Positions 52,654 to 61,613 of a DNA stretch of 64,000 bases are shown here, piece by piece. Location of the stretch: the NCBI GenBank assembly GCA_945957395.1, contig CAMFKE010000005.1:1-64000 (forward strand). The letters run 5' to 3'. Within the stretch, counting starts at the first letter, position 1; each line of letters opens with the position of its first letter. Made by a program: the position numbers and the translations under genes. The DNA is from an uncultured Opitutia bacterium. GTDB lineage: Bacteria > Verrucomicrobiota > Verrucomicrobiia > Opitutales > UBA953. Below the pieces are notes generated by a model. The model was not told where the DNA came from, searched no databases, and saw only the letters and a program-made list of their open reading frames with translations.

Positions 52654-54339
52654 ATGTCCCAAGCCGCGCAGCCCAATCTAGTCCCCGTTTTCGTCGACGG
52701 CGTGGAGCATCAGCTCCCCGAACGCATGAACCTTGTCGACGCCCTGAAGACCATCGGGAAGGAAGTGCCCCACTACTGCTACCACCCGAAGCTGCCCGTC
52801 TCTGGCAACTGCCGCATGTGCCTGGTCGAGCTTGGCTCGCCCATGATCGACCGCGCCACGAACCAGCCCGTGCTGGAGGCCGACGGCCGTGCGAAAATCG
52901 GCTGGCAGCCCAAGCCCGCCATCGCCTGCGCCTCGACGGTATCGCGCAACCTTCATGTGAAGCTTGAATCGAAGGCCGTGAAGGAGTGCCGCGAAGGCGT
53001 GACGGAAATGCTCCTGGTCAACCACCCGCTGGACTGCCCCGTTTGCGACCAGGCCGGCGAATGCAAGCTGCAGGAATACTCGGCCGACTACGGCAAGGGC
53101 TACTCGCGCTACATCGAGTCGAAGAACGTCAAGCCGAAGAAAACCAAGCTTGGTCCGCGTGTCACGCTCGACGACGAGCGCTGCATCCTCTGCTCACGCT
53201 GCATCCGCTTCCAGTCCGAGATCATGAAGGACCCCGTGCTGGGCTTCATCAACCGCGGCTCCTACAACACCCTCACCTGCTACCCGGGACGCGAGTTGGA
53301 CAACAACTACTCGCTCAACACCGTCGATCTTTGCCCGGTCGGCGCGCTTACGGACACCGATTTCCGCTTCAAGATGCGCGTTTGGTTCCTCAAGCAGACC
53401 AACTCCATCTGCACCGAGTCCAGCGCCGGCACCAACACCGTCGTGTGGAGCCGAGAAGGCGTGATTCATCGCATCACGCCGCGCCGAAACGACGCCGTGA
53501 ACGACACCTGGATGGCCGACTCCGGTCGCGCCCTGTACAAGCAGGTCGCCGCCGGCGACCGTATCCTTTCGGCCCGTAACGGCGGAAGCCCCGCCACGGT
53601 CGATGCGGCCACCGCCTCCGCCGCGGAGCTCATCCGAGCCGGCGCCGTCGCTTACGTCTCCTCCGGCCACCTGTCGGTCGAGGAGCAGCACCTGCTCGCC
53701 AAGCTCGTGTCCGCCGCGCCGGGCGTGGTACACCAGCCGGCGCGCCTCGGCAAGTCCGACGGCATGCTCATCTCCGAGGACCGCACGCCGAACACGCGCG
53801 GCGCCCTCGCCACCGGCCTGATTTGCGCGGCCCCGTCCGCCTCGCTTGACGCGCTCGCCGCCGACATCGAAGCGGGCAAGGTGCGCACGCTCGTCGTCGC
53901 GGGCGAGGACCTCACGACCGCCGGCCTCAGCGCCGCGCAGCTCGGCAAGGTCGCGATCATCTACATCGGAACGCACGAAAACGCCACCGCCGCCGCGGCG
54001 CGCATCGTCATCCCCGGACTCACCGTTTTCGAGAAATCCGGAAGCTTCATCAATGTGCAGTGGCGCCTGCAAAAGTTCGCCGCCGCCATCCCCGGCCCCG
54101 CCGGCATCCCGGCCCAGGCCGCCACCCTCGCCCGCCTGGCCGCCGAAGCGACCTCCGCCGCGCCGGCCGCAAACGACGCCGAGTCGGTCTGGAAGTCGCT
54201 CGCCGCCGAACGCCCGCTGTTCGCCGCCGTGACCGGCTTCGCCGCCATCCCCGACTCCGGCCTCGCGCTTGACGCGGGCGCCCTCGCCGGCGTGGCGCTG
54301 CCCGAAACCAAGCTGCTCAAGTTCGCTCCCGCCGCCTGA
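52654..54339 (+). CDS. nuoG: NADH-quinone oxidoreductase subunit G (75-kDa Fe-S subunit, short form)
   Basis: 2Fe-2S and 4Fe-4S Cys motifs (HYCYHPKLPVSGNCRMCLVEL; HPLDCPVCDQAGECKLQ; CILCSRCIRF; LCPVGALTDTDFRFKMRVWF), closely resembling Thermus Nqo3. Confidence 0.9.
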   Translation: MSQAAQPNLVPVFVDGVEHQLPERMNLVDALKTIGKEVPHYCYHPKLPVSGNCRMCLVELGSPMIDRATNQPVLEADGRAKIGWQPKPAIACASTVSRNLHVKLESKAVKECREGVTEMLLVNHPLDCPVCDQAGECKLQEYSADYGKGYSRYIESKNVKPKKTKLGPRVTLDDERCILCSRCIRFQSEIMKDPVLGFINRGSYNTLTCYPGRELDNNYSLNTVDLCPVGALTDTDFRFKMRVWFLKQTNSICTESSAGTNTVVWSREGVIHRITPRRNDAVNDTWMADSGRALYKQVAAGDRILSARNGGSPATVDAATASAAELIRAGAVAYVSSGHLSVEEQHLLAKLVSAAPGVVHQPARLGKSDGMLISEDRTPNTRGALATGLICAAPSASLDALAADIEAGKVRTLVVAGEDLTTAGLSAAQLGKVAIIYIGTHENATAAAARIVIPGLTVFEKSGSFINVQWRLQKFAAAIPGPAGIPAQAATLARLAAEATSAAPAANDAESVWKSLAAERPLFAAVTGFAAIPDSGLALDAGALAGVALPETKLLKFAPAA

Positions 54340-54392
54340 ATCGAAGGCCGCCGCGCCCTACGCAAGCCGAACCCCGCACCGACCTTTCCGCC

Positions 54393-54785
54393 ATGTTTCT
54401 AGCCGCAGAAAACCTTCAGGAAACCTACCTCCCGGTCCTCCTCCAGGTGATCATCGCCATCGCGCTGCCCATCACCATCCTCATCGCCTCCCAGGCCTTC
54501 GGACAGCGTGCCAAGCGCAACAAGATCAAGGACTCCGCATACGAGTGCGGCCTTCCCGCCGAGGACAAGCCGCACCCGCGCTTCGCGGTGAAGTTCTATG
54601 TCACCGCCATGCTTTTCATCCTCTTCGATATCGAAGTGGTGTTTCTCGTGCCGTGGGCGACCATCTACCGCGACTTCATTGCCGAAGGCATTTCCATCGT
54701 GGCCCCCATTCTCGTGTTCCTGGGCGTCATCATCCTGGGTCTTGCATACGAGATTCGTAACGGCGCCCTCGAGTGGGACAAGTGA
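54393..54785 (+). CDS. nuoA: NADH-quinone oxidoreductase subunit A
   Basis: Three TM helices and conserved YECG...FYVTAMLFILFDIEVVFLVPWA motif. Confidence 0.9.
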   Translation: MFLAAENLQETYLPVLLQVIIAIALPITILIASQAFGQRAKRNKIKDSAYECGLPAEDKPHPRFAVKFYVTAMLFILFDIEVVFLVPWATIYRDFIAEGISIVAPILVFLGVIILGLAYEIRNGALEWDK

Positions 54786-54817
54786 ACCGGCTGCCATAGC
54801 CGCAAACATCCGGAAAA

Positions 54818-54849
54818 AGGGGAACGACCGTTCAGGCCGCTCCCCTTTT
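54818..54849 (+). terminator. Hairpin plus T-run after nuoA
   Basis: ggggaacgaccgttcaggccgctcccc followed by ttttt. Confidence 0.5.
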
Positions 54850-54901
54850 TCGCAATGGAACAAAGCCGTCCTCTCCGCCATCCTCCCGCCTCTACCAGGT
54901 C

Positions 54902-56266
54902 ATGCGTCCCGACAAATTCATCAACCAATCCCGCGTCGTCGACCTGAAGAGTCGCGACTTCCGCTCCGCCCTGCTCGAACTGCTGGACGCCTGCCCGGCC
55001 GCCGCCCTTTCCGGCCAGGACCCCGCGCTGCTCGTCGAGACTATCCTGCGTCGCGAAGGCACCCTGCCGACCCACTTGGACAACTCGGTGGCGCTTCCTC
55101 ACCTGCGTCTGCCCCTCTCGCGCAAGTATGTCATCGCCGTGGGGCGCTGCCCCGCGGGGCTGACGGAATCGCCCGACCCCGAGGACAGGGCGGTGCGCAT
55201 CGTCTTCCTCGTCCTGGCATCGGACAAGGAGAAGAGCTACCACACCGTCCTCTCCGCCATAGCGGGCGCCCTCGAGGACAAGGATATCGTCGCCAGGCTC
55301 GAAAAGGCTCCGGACCTGAAGGCGTTCCGAGCCGAGATCGCCGCGCTCTTCAAAGGCGTCTCCGGCCTGACGGCATCGGCCAATGTTCGCTTCAACCGAC
55401 TCTTCATCCGGGAAGCCGAGAAGATCGCCGTGGGGGCCGACTGCTCCTCCATCATGCTCTTCATGGACGCCTTCAACACACCGGTGAAGGTGGGGAAGTT
55501 CGCGGCCAAATCGCTCAACACCATCATCGTCTCCCGCCGCGAATACCAGATTCCGGCCGATGCCGGCGACGAGCCCGACATGCTCGTCGTGCGCTCCTTC
55601 TCCAACCATCGCATGTCGCAGCTGCGCTCCGCGCTCCTCGTCGGCCTCATGCGCGGACTCGTCAGGCCCGACGAGCGCATCTGCTGCCTCGGCGGCCTTC
55701 CCGGTTCCGACAAACTCGACTCCATCCTGGTCGTCGACATCGCCAAGGAATTCCCGGCCGTGCTCGCCCGACAGAGCGAAAAGCTGCTGCCCGACGGCGT
55801 GAGCCCCGAAGTCCTCGAGCGCGCCCTGGGCATCGCCACCGAACTGGCCGTCGAAGGCCGCGAGGGCAAGCCGGTCGGCTGCATTCTGGTCGTGGGATGC
55901 CGCGACAAGCTCAAGCCGCACACCAAGCCCCTCATCCTCAACCCCTTCTTCGGCTACCCCGAGGAGGACCGCAACATCCTGTCGCCCTTCATGGACGAAA
56001 CCGTCAAGGAGTTGTCCGGAATCGACGGCGCCTTCGTCATCAACGGCGACGGCGTCATCGAGTCCGCGGGCACCCTGCTCACGGCGCCCAACCCACAGCG
56101 CGCCCTCCCGGGCGGCCTGGGCACGCGACACTCCGCGGCCTGCGCCATCTCCGTGGCCGCCGACTGCGCGGCGCTGGTAGTCTCCACTTCGACCGGACAA
56201 GTCACCCTCTTCCGCCACGGCGAACCCATCGTGCTCGTCGACCGTTCCGCCAACCGCCCCCTGTGA
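54902..56266 (+). CDS. PTS EIIA type-2 (PtsN/EIIA-Ntr-like) domain fused to a diadenylate cyclase (DAC/DisA_N) domain
   Basis: N-terminal 150 aa match PTS_EIIA_2 (LLELLD...ILRREGTLPTHLDNSVALPHLRLP... with His in the A[IL]PH phosphorylation motif; RIVFLVLASDK...HTVLSAIA). C-terminal region aligns motif-by-motif with CdaA DAC (DGAFVINGDGVIESAGTLL ~ DGAVIMKNNEIAAA; LGTRHSAACAISVAADCAALVVSTSTGQVTLFRHGE ~ [31 protein letters not shown]). DGA present; RHR replaced by RHS. Confidence 0.75.
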   Translation: MRPDKFINQSRVVDLKSRDFRSALLELLDACPAAALSGQDPALLVETILRREGTLPTHLDNSVALPHLRLPLSRKYVIAVGRCPAGLTESPDPEDRAVRIVFLVLASDKEKSYHTVLSAIAGALEDKDIVARLEKAPDLKAFRAEIAALFKGVSGLTASANVRFNRLFIREAEKIAVGADCSSIMLFMDAFNTPVKVGKFAAKSLNTIIVSRREYQIPADAGDEPDMLVVRSFSNHRMSQLRSALLVGLMRGLVRPDERICCLGGLPGSDKLDSILVVDIAKEFPAVLARQSEKLLPDGVSPEVLERALGIATELAVEGREGKPVGCILVVGCRDKLKPHTKPLILNPFFGYPEEDRNILSPFMDETVKELSGIDGAFVINGDGVIESAGTLLTAPNPQRALPGGLGTRHSAACAISVAADCAALVVSTSTGQVTLFRHGEPIVLVDRSANRPL

Positions 56267-56364
56267 TAAAAGCGGAATGAACGCGCCCTGCGGGCGGGGG
56301 CCTATCGGGCATAAACTCTTGCCTGAGGCTAGGTTTTGTGCATTCACGACGCAAAGCGCGCTCG

Positions 56365-57099
56365 ATGAAAACCATTACCCACCTCCTCGCGACCCTTGGT
56401 TTCGCGATGGCGGCCCATGCGGGCACGCCGGCCGAAAACATGGCCGCCAAGGTCCGCTCCGCCCTGGGAGGCGATGCGGCGCTGAATGCCGTAAAATCCG
56501 TTCGCTTTGAGATCACGGCGAAGGACGGTGACGACAAGCCCCTTGGCGTCCTCATCACCGAATACAAGGCGCCCATGAAGCTGCGCGAGATAGACTACAC
56601 GCGTCAGCCCCTTGAACTCGTCTACGCCATCGACGGACGCGAGGGCCACCGCGTCATCCGCCGCCTCGACAACGGAAATCGCCGCGTCGAAATCATGACC
56701 GCCGCCGAAGTGGACGCCCGACGGGACTTCGCCAACGCCAACCTGCACTTCATGGCGGCCCCTTCGCCCGAGCGCGGAAGCCTCTCTCTCGACACCAAAC
56801 CCGTCTCAATCGACGGCATCGAGTGCGCCGTCCTGGCCTTCCAATACAAATCCGGGTTCACGCTGCGCCGGTTCATCGACCCTGCAACAAGCCGCCTCGT
56901 AGCCTCGCGCATCGATTTCTCCGGCAAGCCCGGCGAACTCATGGTGAACCGCGGCGAACAGAAGGTTGCCGGCATCACCTACCCCAAGGAAATTGAAATC
57001 CGGGACGCCTCCGGAAAAACGCAGCGCAAGCTCAGCATCGCCAAAATCGAAGTGAACCCCGAGCTCGCCGACGCCGCCTTCACCACCCCGCTTTTCTGA
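56365..57099 (+). CDS. Secreted hypothetical protein (possibly LolA-like fold)
   Basis: Signal peptide MKTITHLLATLGFAMAAHA. ~245-aa beta-rich sequence with no recognised catalytic motif. Confidence 0.5.
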   Translation: MKTITHLLATLGFAMAAHAGTPAENMAAKVRSALGGDAALNAVKSVRFEITAKDGDDKPLGVLITEYKAPMKLREIDYTRQPLELVYAIDGREGHRVIRRLDNGNRRVEIMTAAEVDARRDFANANLHFMAAPSPERGSLSLDTKPVSIDGIECAVLAFQYKSGFTLRRFIDPATSRLVASRIDFSGKPGELMVNRGEQKVAGITYPKEIEIRDASGKTQRKLSIAKIEVNPELADAAFTTPLF

Positions 57100-57145
57100 G
57101 CCCAAGCCGCCGCACGGACGAACCCTTCAACGAAAACCACCCCCA

Positions 57146-58480
57146 ATGATTCGCCTCGATACCAAACAAAAGGATTTCAAACAGAAACTCGACGCATTCA
57201 CCGCCCAGGCCGCCCAGCAGCCCGAAGTCGTGAAGGCGGTCACCGAGATTCTCGCCGAGGTAAAGACGAAGGGCGACGCCGCCGTCCTCTACTTCACCGC
57301 CAAGTTCGACCACGCCAAACTGACCGCCAAGCAGATGCGCATCGGCCAGGACGCCCTCGACAAGGCGCTCAAGGCCCTGCCCGCCGACGCCAAGAAGGCC
57401 GTGGATGACGCCTCCAAGCTCATCCGCGACTTCCACAAGAAGACCGTCCCCAAGAGCTGGGAAGACAAGAACGCCCACGGCGCGCGCGTCGGCGAGAAGT
57501 TCTTCCCCATCCGTCGCTGCGGCCTGTACATCCCCGGCGGGCAGACCCCGCTGCTTTCCACCGTCCTCATGACGGTCATCCCCGCCCAGCTCGCAGGCGT
57601 CCCCGAAATCGTGGTGTGCACGCCCCCCGGACCCAACGGCCAGATCTCCCCGCTCATGCTGGGCACGCTCGCCCACCTCGGCGTGAAGGAAGTCTACGCC
57701 GTCGGCGGCGTCCAGGCCATCGCCTCCATGGGCTACGGCACGGAAACCATCCCTGCGGTCGACAAGCTTTTCGGCCCCGGCAACGCCTTCGTCATGGAAG
57801 CCAAGCGCCAGATGTACGGCACCGTGGGTGTCGACCTGCTGCCCGGCCCCAGCGAAGTGCTCGTCATCGCCGACGCCACCGCCAACCCGGACTTCGTCGC
57901 CATCGACCTGCTCGCGCAGGCCGAACACGGCACGGGCAAGGAAAAGGTCTACCTCGCCGCCATCGGCGACAAGGTGATCGACGCCGTGGAGCACGCCATC
58001 GAGATCCAGCTCACCTCGCTGCCCGCCGCAGGCAAGCTGCGTGAGACGCTCGCCAAGGGCTTCTGCGCCATCCAGGTGCCCGACTACGCCAAGGCCGCCG
58101 AAATCGCCAACTTTCTGGCCCCCGAGCACATGGAGCTCCAGGTTTCGGACAAGGAGATCAAGAAGCTCGCCGCTTCGATCACCACCGCCGGAGCCATGCT
58201 CATCGGCCACAACACGCCCACCGTGCTGGGCGACTTCACCGCGGGTCCCAGCCACACGCTGCCCACCGGCCGCACCGGCCGCTTCTTCAGCGGACTTCAG
58301 GTGACGGACTTCATGCGCCGCACCAGCATCGTCGAATACGACCTGGACTCGCTGCGCAAGGCGGCCCCCGTCGTCACGGCCTTCGCCGCCATGGAGAAGC
58401 TCGAAGCCCACGGCCGCTCCCTCACGCGCCGACTCGAAGCCGCCCCGGCCCCTGCGGCCAAGACAGCCAAAAAGAAGTAG
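57146..58480 (+). CDS. hisD: Histidinol dehydrogenase
   Basis: CGLYIPGGQTPLLSTVLM, AVGGVQAIASMGYGTE, GPGNAFV, AQAEHG, IGHNTP.VLGDFTAGPSHTLPT motifs. Confidence 0.95.
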   Translation: MIRLDTKQKDFKQKLDAFTAQAAQQPEVVKAVTEILAEVKTKGDAAVLYFTAKFDHAKLTAKQMRIGQDALDKALKALPADAKKAVDDASKLIRDFHKKTVPKSWEDKNAHGARVGEKFFPIRRCGLYIPGGQTPLLSTVLMTVIPAQLAGVPEIVVCTPPGPNGQISPLMLGTLAHLGVKEVYAVGGVQAIASMGYGTETIPAVDKLFGPGNAFVMEAKRQMYGTVGVDLLPGPSEVLVIADATANPDFVAIDLLAQAEHGTGKEKVYLAAIGDKVIDAVEHAIEIQLTSLPAAGKLRETLAKGFCAIQVPDYAKAAEIANFLAPEHMELQVSDKEIKKLAASITTAGAMLIGHNTPTVLGDFTAGPSHTLPTGRTGRFFSGLQVTDFMRRTSIVEYDLDSLRKAAPVVTAFAAMEKLEAHGRSLTRRLEAAPAPAAKTAKKK

Positions 58481-58507
58481 GTCGACGCCGCAAATCGGCA
58501 GACAAAA

Positions 58508-58536
58508 GGGCGCCCGGATTTCCGGGCGCCCTTTTT
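58508..58536. terminator. Bidirectional terminator after hisD
   Basis: aaaa-gggcgcccgg-attt-ccgggcgccc-ttttt. The same hairpin motif type as at 30248. Confidence 0.6.
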
Positions 58537-58558
58537 CATTCCCTAAGAACGACTCCGC

Positions 58559-59086
58559 TCAAGGAGCGCCATCAACCTCGGGCGGGGCCATCGAGGCCGC
58601 CTCAGGCTCGGAAGAAGGCTCAGCAGTTTCCTTGGCCGGAGAAGGGAACCCGTTTTCACGAGGCGGCGCAGGACGATTCAGCGGAGGCGGAGAGACAGGC
58701 TTTATGGAATGAGGATCAGCAGGCGCCACGACCTCGCCGGGCTCGGAGCTCGTATCGGGCCGCCCGCTCGATTTGTCGCCGTAGAGGAATTTCGGCAGGA
58801 CGAACAGCATGCCGATGAACAGCAAAACAAAGGCCACGGCCACGGCCACGCACCCCATCTTGGCGTTCGAGGAAAGCCCGGACTGCTCGGCATGGGCCTC
58901 CAGAAGCGCGTCGGCATGCGATTCACCGGCGGGGCCTGGCGCGGCGAGGTCAGCCCCTACGGCACGCCCCTGCGCCTCCGCCCCGGGCGGCTCGCCGGAC
59001 GACTCCGCGATACGGGCGTCAAGCCAGTCAAGATGTCGCTTCACCAGCTCCCGCTGGGCGCGGAGTTGATCTACGGAAATGGGCAT
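58559..59086 (-). CDS. Hypothetical single-pass membrane protein with Pro-rich C-terminus
   Basis: ATG at 59086 (MPISVDQLRAQRELVKRHLDWL...). One TM helix AVAVAFVLLFIGMLFVL, then Pro/Ser/Glu-rich tail. The ORF track over-extends upstream. Confidence 0.45.
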   Translation of the reverse strand: MPISVDQLRAQRELVKRHLDWLDARIAESSGEPPGAEAQGRAVGADLAAPGPAGESHADALLEAHAEQSGLSSNAKMGCVAVAVAFVLLFIGMLFVLPKFLYGDKSSGRPDTSSEPGEVVAPADPHSIKPVSPPPLNRPAPPRENGFPSPAKETAEPSSEPEAASMAPPEVDGAP

Positions 59087-59150
59087 GGATGGGAAATCTC
59101 GTTGTTGTGATATTCCGAATACAGCCGGCACCCTCCGGCGCAAAACGAAA

Positions 59151-59178
59151 AGACCGCCCGGGAAACCCCGGACGGTCT
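59151..59178. terminator. Hairpin between rpmA and the downstream membrane-protein gene
   Basis: agaccg-c-ccgg-gaaacc-ccgg-a-cggtct flanked by A-run/T-run. Confidence 0.45.
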
Positions 59179-59201
59179 TTTCACCTGTCGACTCAGGCGG
59201 C

Positions 59202-59477
59202 TTAGACGCCGCAGGAGCAGGAGCAGCCGCACGAAACGGCTTCGACGGACACCTTGCGGTGAGCGGCATCCCAACGGACGACGCCGTCCTTGAGAGCGAA
59301 CAGGGTCCAGTCGCGGCCGACGCCGACATTGACGCCGGGACGCATGCGCGAACCGCGCTGACGGATGAGGATGGAGCCCGCGGTGGCGAACTGGCCGCCG
59401 TAGACCTTCACGCCGAGGCGCTTGGCCTGCGAGTCGCGACCGTTGGAGGAAGTTCCCCCGCCCTTCTTAGTTGCCAT
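59202..59477 (-). CDS. rpmA: 50S ribosomal protein L27 with C-terminal Cys-rich extension
   Basis: [28 protein letters not shown]...[29 protein letters not shown] is canonical L27. Ends ...[12 protein letters not shown]. Confidence 0.9.
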   Translation of the reverse strand: MATKKGGGTSSNGRDSQAKRLGVKVYGGQFATAGSILIRQRGSRMRPGVNVGVGRDWTLFALKDGVVRWDAAHRKVSVEAVSCGCSCSCGV

Positions 59478-59513
59478 GACTTATGAACGCTTGAAGCGAG
59501 TTGAGGTTAATTC

Positions 59514-59831
59514 TTAGGCGTTGATAGCTTCGATCTTGATGACCGAGAGCTCCTGACGGTGACCGCGGCTGCGGCGGTAACCCTTACGGCGGCGATGCTT
59601 GAAGATCTTGATCTTCTCGCCGCGCTTGTTTTCGAGAATCTTCGCGGTGACCTTGGCGCCGGCCACGGTGGGCGTGCCAATCTTGGCGGACGCACCTTCA
59701 CCGACGAGGAGAACCTGGTCGATGGTCACGGTGTCTCCGGCCTTGGTCTCGGGGTAGAGATTCACGGTGAGGATGTCGCCAGGCTTGACCGTGAACTGAC
59801 GGCCCTGGGTGATGATGGTGGCTTTGCTCAT
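59514..59831 (-). CDS. rplU: 50S ribosomal protein L21
   Basis: [18 protein letters not shown]...[30 protein letters not shown] matches L21. Confidence 0.9.
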   Translation of the reverse strand: MSKATIITQGRQFTVKPGDILTVNLYPETKAGDTVTIDQVLLVGEGASAKIGTPTVAGAKVTAKILENKRGEKIKIFKHRRRKGYRRSRGHRQELSVIKIEAINA

Positions 59832-59939
59832 GTCTGCTGCTGTCCTTAAAAGGGATTTGAAGAGGGCGGGAGAAAAGTCGGGGCATCCCCGGTGGCAAGC
59901 GGTTTTTTTGCCAATTTCCTCACACGCCGGGGAATGGGG

Positions 59940-60482
59940 TTAACGCAGGGTGGTTTTACCGGCCATGCGGCGATGCGCGGCCGAGGTTTCGACATACTTG
60001 CGCGCGTAGTGGCGAACACCGTCGCGCTCCGCCTCGGAAAGGGACCGGACGACCTTGGCGGGCGAGCCCACGACCATGGAACCGGGCGGAACGACCGTGC
60101 CCTTGGTGACAAGGGAGCCGGCGCCCACAATGCAGTTGTCGCCGATCACCGCGCCGTCGAGCACGGTCGCGCTCATGCCGATGAGGCACTCGTCGCCGAT
60201 GGAGCAACCGTGGAGCATCGCCAGATGCCCGACCACGCAGCGCTTGCCGATGCTCACGCCGTAGCTGTCCGACAGGTGCACGACGCAGTTGTCCTGGATA
60301 TTGGAGCCCTCGCCCACCGTGATGCTGTTTATGTCCCCGCGCAGCACGGCGCCCGGCCACACGCTCACGCCGGCCCCCAGGGTGACGGCGCCGATGACGG
60401 TCGCGCGTTCATGCACATAGGCGTCGGGGGCGACCACCGGAGTGGCGCCCAGATACTTGTCGAGTCGTTCGTCGAGAGTCAT
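59940..60482 (-). CDS. Gamma-class carbonic anhydrase family protein (hexapeptide repeat, YrdA/PaaY-like)
   Basis: Left-handed beta-helix hexapeptide repeats with metal-binding His (NIQDNCVVH...GHLAMLHGCSIGD). Confidence 0.85.
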   Translation of the reverse strand: MTLDERLDKYLGATPVVAPDAYVHERATVIGAVTLGAGVSVWPGAVLRGDINSITVGEGSNIQDNCVVHLSDSYGVSIGKRCVVGHLAMLHGCSIGDECLIGMSATVLDGAVIGDNCIVGAGSLVTKGTVVPPGSMVVGSPAKVVRSLSEAERDGVRHYARKYVETSAAHRRMAGKTTLR

Positions 60483-60536
60483 GCGAGGCGGAGTAAGAAC
60501 GAAGGGCCAAGTGCGAAGAACAATTTGCGCTCGGAG

Positions 60537-61562
60537 TCAGACCGCGGGCTTGGGACGGGGGCGAAACGCCTCGCGGGCGACGAGCGGAGCCATCGGACGC
60601 GACTCCAGAACCGTGCCCTGAGGAATCGCGCAACCGGCCAGGAACGCCGGCGCGGGCAGCATCTTCCCGCCCGGGCGCTGAAGCTCCGTGAGGCGCAGCA
60701 CGCCGTCGCCCACGGCCACAAGCAAACCGCGCTTATCCGCCCCCAGCACCGCCCCCGGCGCGGCCTGCGACGGCCGCTCCAACTCGAGCGCCACCTCGGC
60801 GCGCCCCACCTTCACGGCCTGTTCGCCCAACGGGAAAGTGACGCCCGGCCAGGGATTCAGCGCCCGCGTGCGCGCCGCCAGTTCCCGCGCCGGGGCCGCG
60901 AAATCCAGCGCCGCGTCGTCGCGGAAAATCTTCCGGGTATGCGAGACGAGCGCGTCGTCCTGCGGCGAGAAGGTAGCCGTGCCGTCCAGAATCGCCGGCA
61001 ACGCGCGCAGCACGAGAGGCACGCTCGCCTGCGCGAGGCGCTCGCGCACCGAGGTCGTCGTGTCGGCGTCCGAAAGTGAGAAGCACTCGGAGTCCACCAC
61101 ATCGCCGGCGTCCAGCTTGGCCACCACGCGCTGCATGGAGACGCCCGTGACGGCCTCTCCCGCCACGATCGAGCCCTCCACGGGCGTGGCGCCGCGGAAC
61201 TTCGGCAGCAGCGAGCCGTGCAGGTTGAAGAAACCCAAAGGCGGCGTATCCAGCAGCGCTCGCTTCAGGATGTGACCATACGCCATGACCAGCGCGACAT
61301 CGCAGCCGAAGCCGGACAGCAGCGCCGGCGTGTTCTCGTCGAGCTTCTCGGGCCGATACAGCGGAATGTCGCGATCCAGCGCCCACGCCGAAATGGCGTT
61401 GGGCTGCACCTTCTGCCCTCGCCCGGTCGGCCGGTCGGGCTGGCTGAACACCGCCACGATCTCGATGCGATCAGACAGCCCCGTGCGTATCGCCTCCAGC
61501 GCGGGCAGGGCGATTTCATCGGAGCCGAAGAACACAAGACGGGCCGGGCGGTGGAGCTTCAT
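60537..61562 (-). CDS. fmt: Methionyl-tRNA formyltransferase
   Basis: RLVFFGSDEIALPALEAI..., NLHGSLLPKFRGATPV (HxSLLPxxRG), C-terminal Fmt domain. ORF begins at an upstream TTG; ATG (MKLHRPARLVFFG) preferred. Confidence 0.9.
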   Translation of the reverse strand: MKLHRPARLVFFGSDEIALPALEAIRTGLSDRIEIVAVFSQPDRPTGRGQKVQPNAISAWALDRDIPLYRPEKLDENTPALLSGFGCDVALVMAYGHILKRALLDTPPLGFFNLHGSLLPKFRGATPVEGSIVAGEAVTGVSMQRVVAKLDAGDVVDSECFSLSDADTTTSVRERLAQASVPLVLRALPAILDGTATFSPQDDALVSHTRKIFRDDAALDFAAPARELAARTRALNPWPGVTFPLGEQAVKVGRAEVALELERPSQAAPGAVLGADKRGLLVAVGDGVLRLTELQRPGGKMLPAPAFLAGCAIPQGTVLESRPMAPLVAREAFRPRPKPAV

Positions 61563-61613
61563 GCCCGAATCAGGCAGGAAAACACCCGCGCGTGTCAACG
61601 CGCCGCAGGGGCG

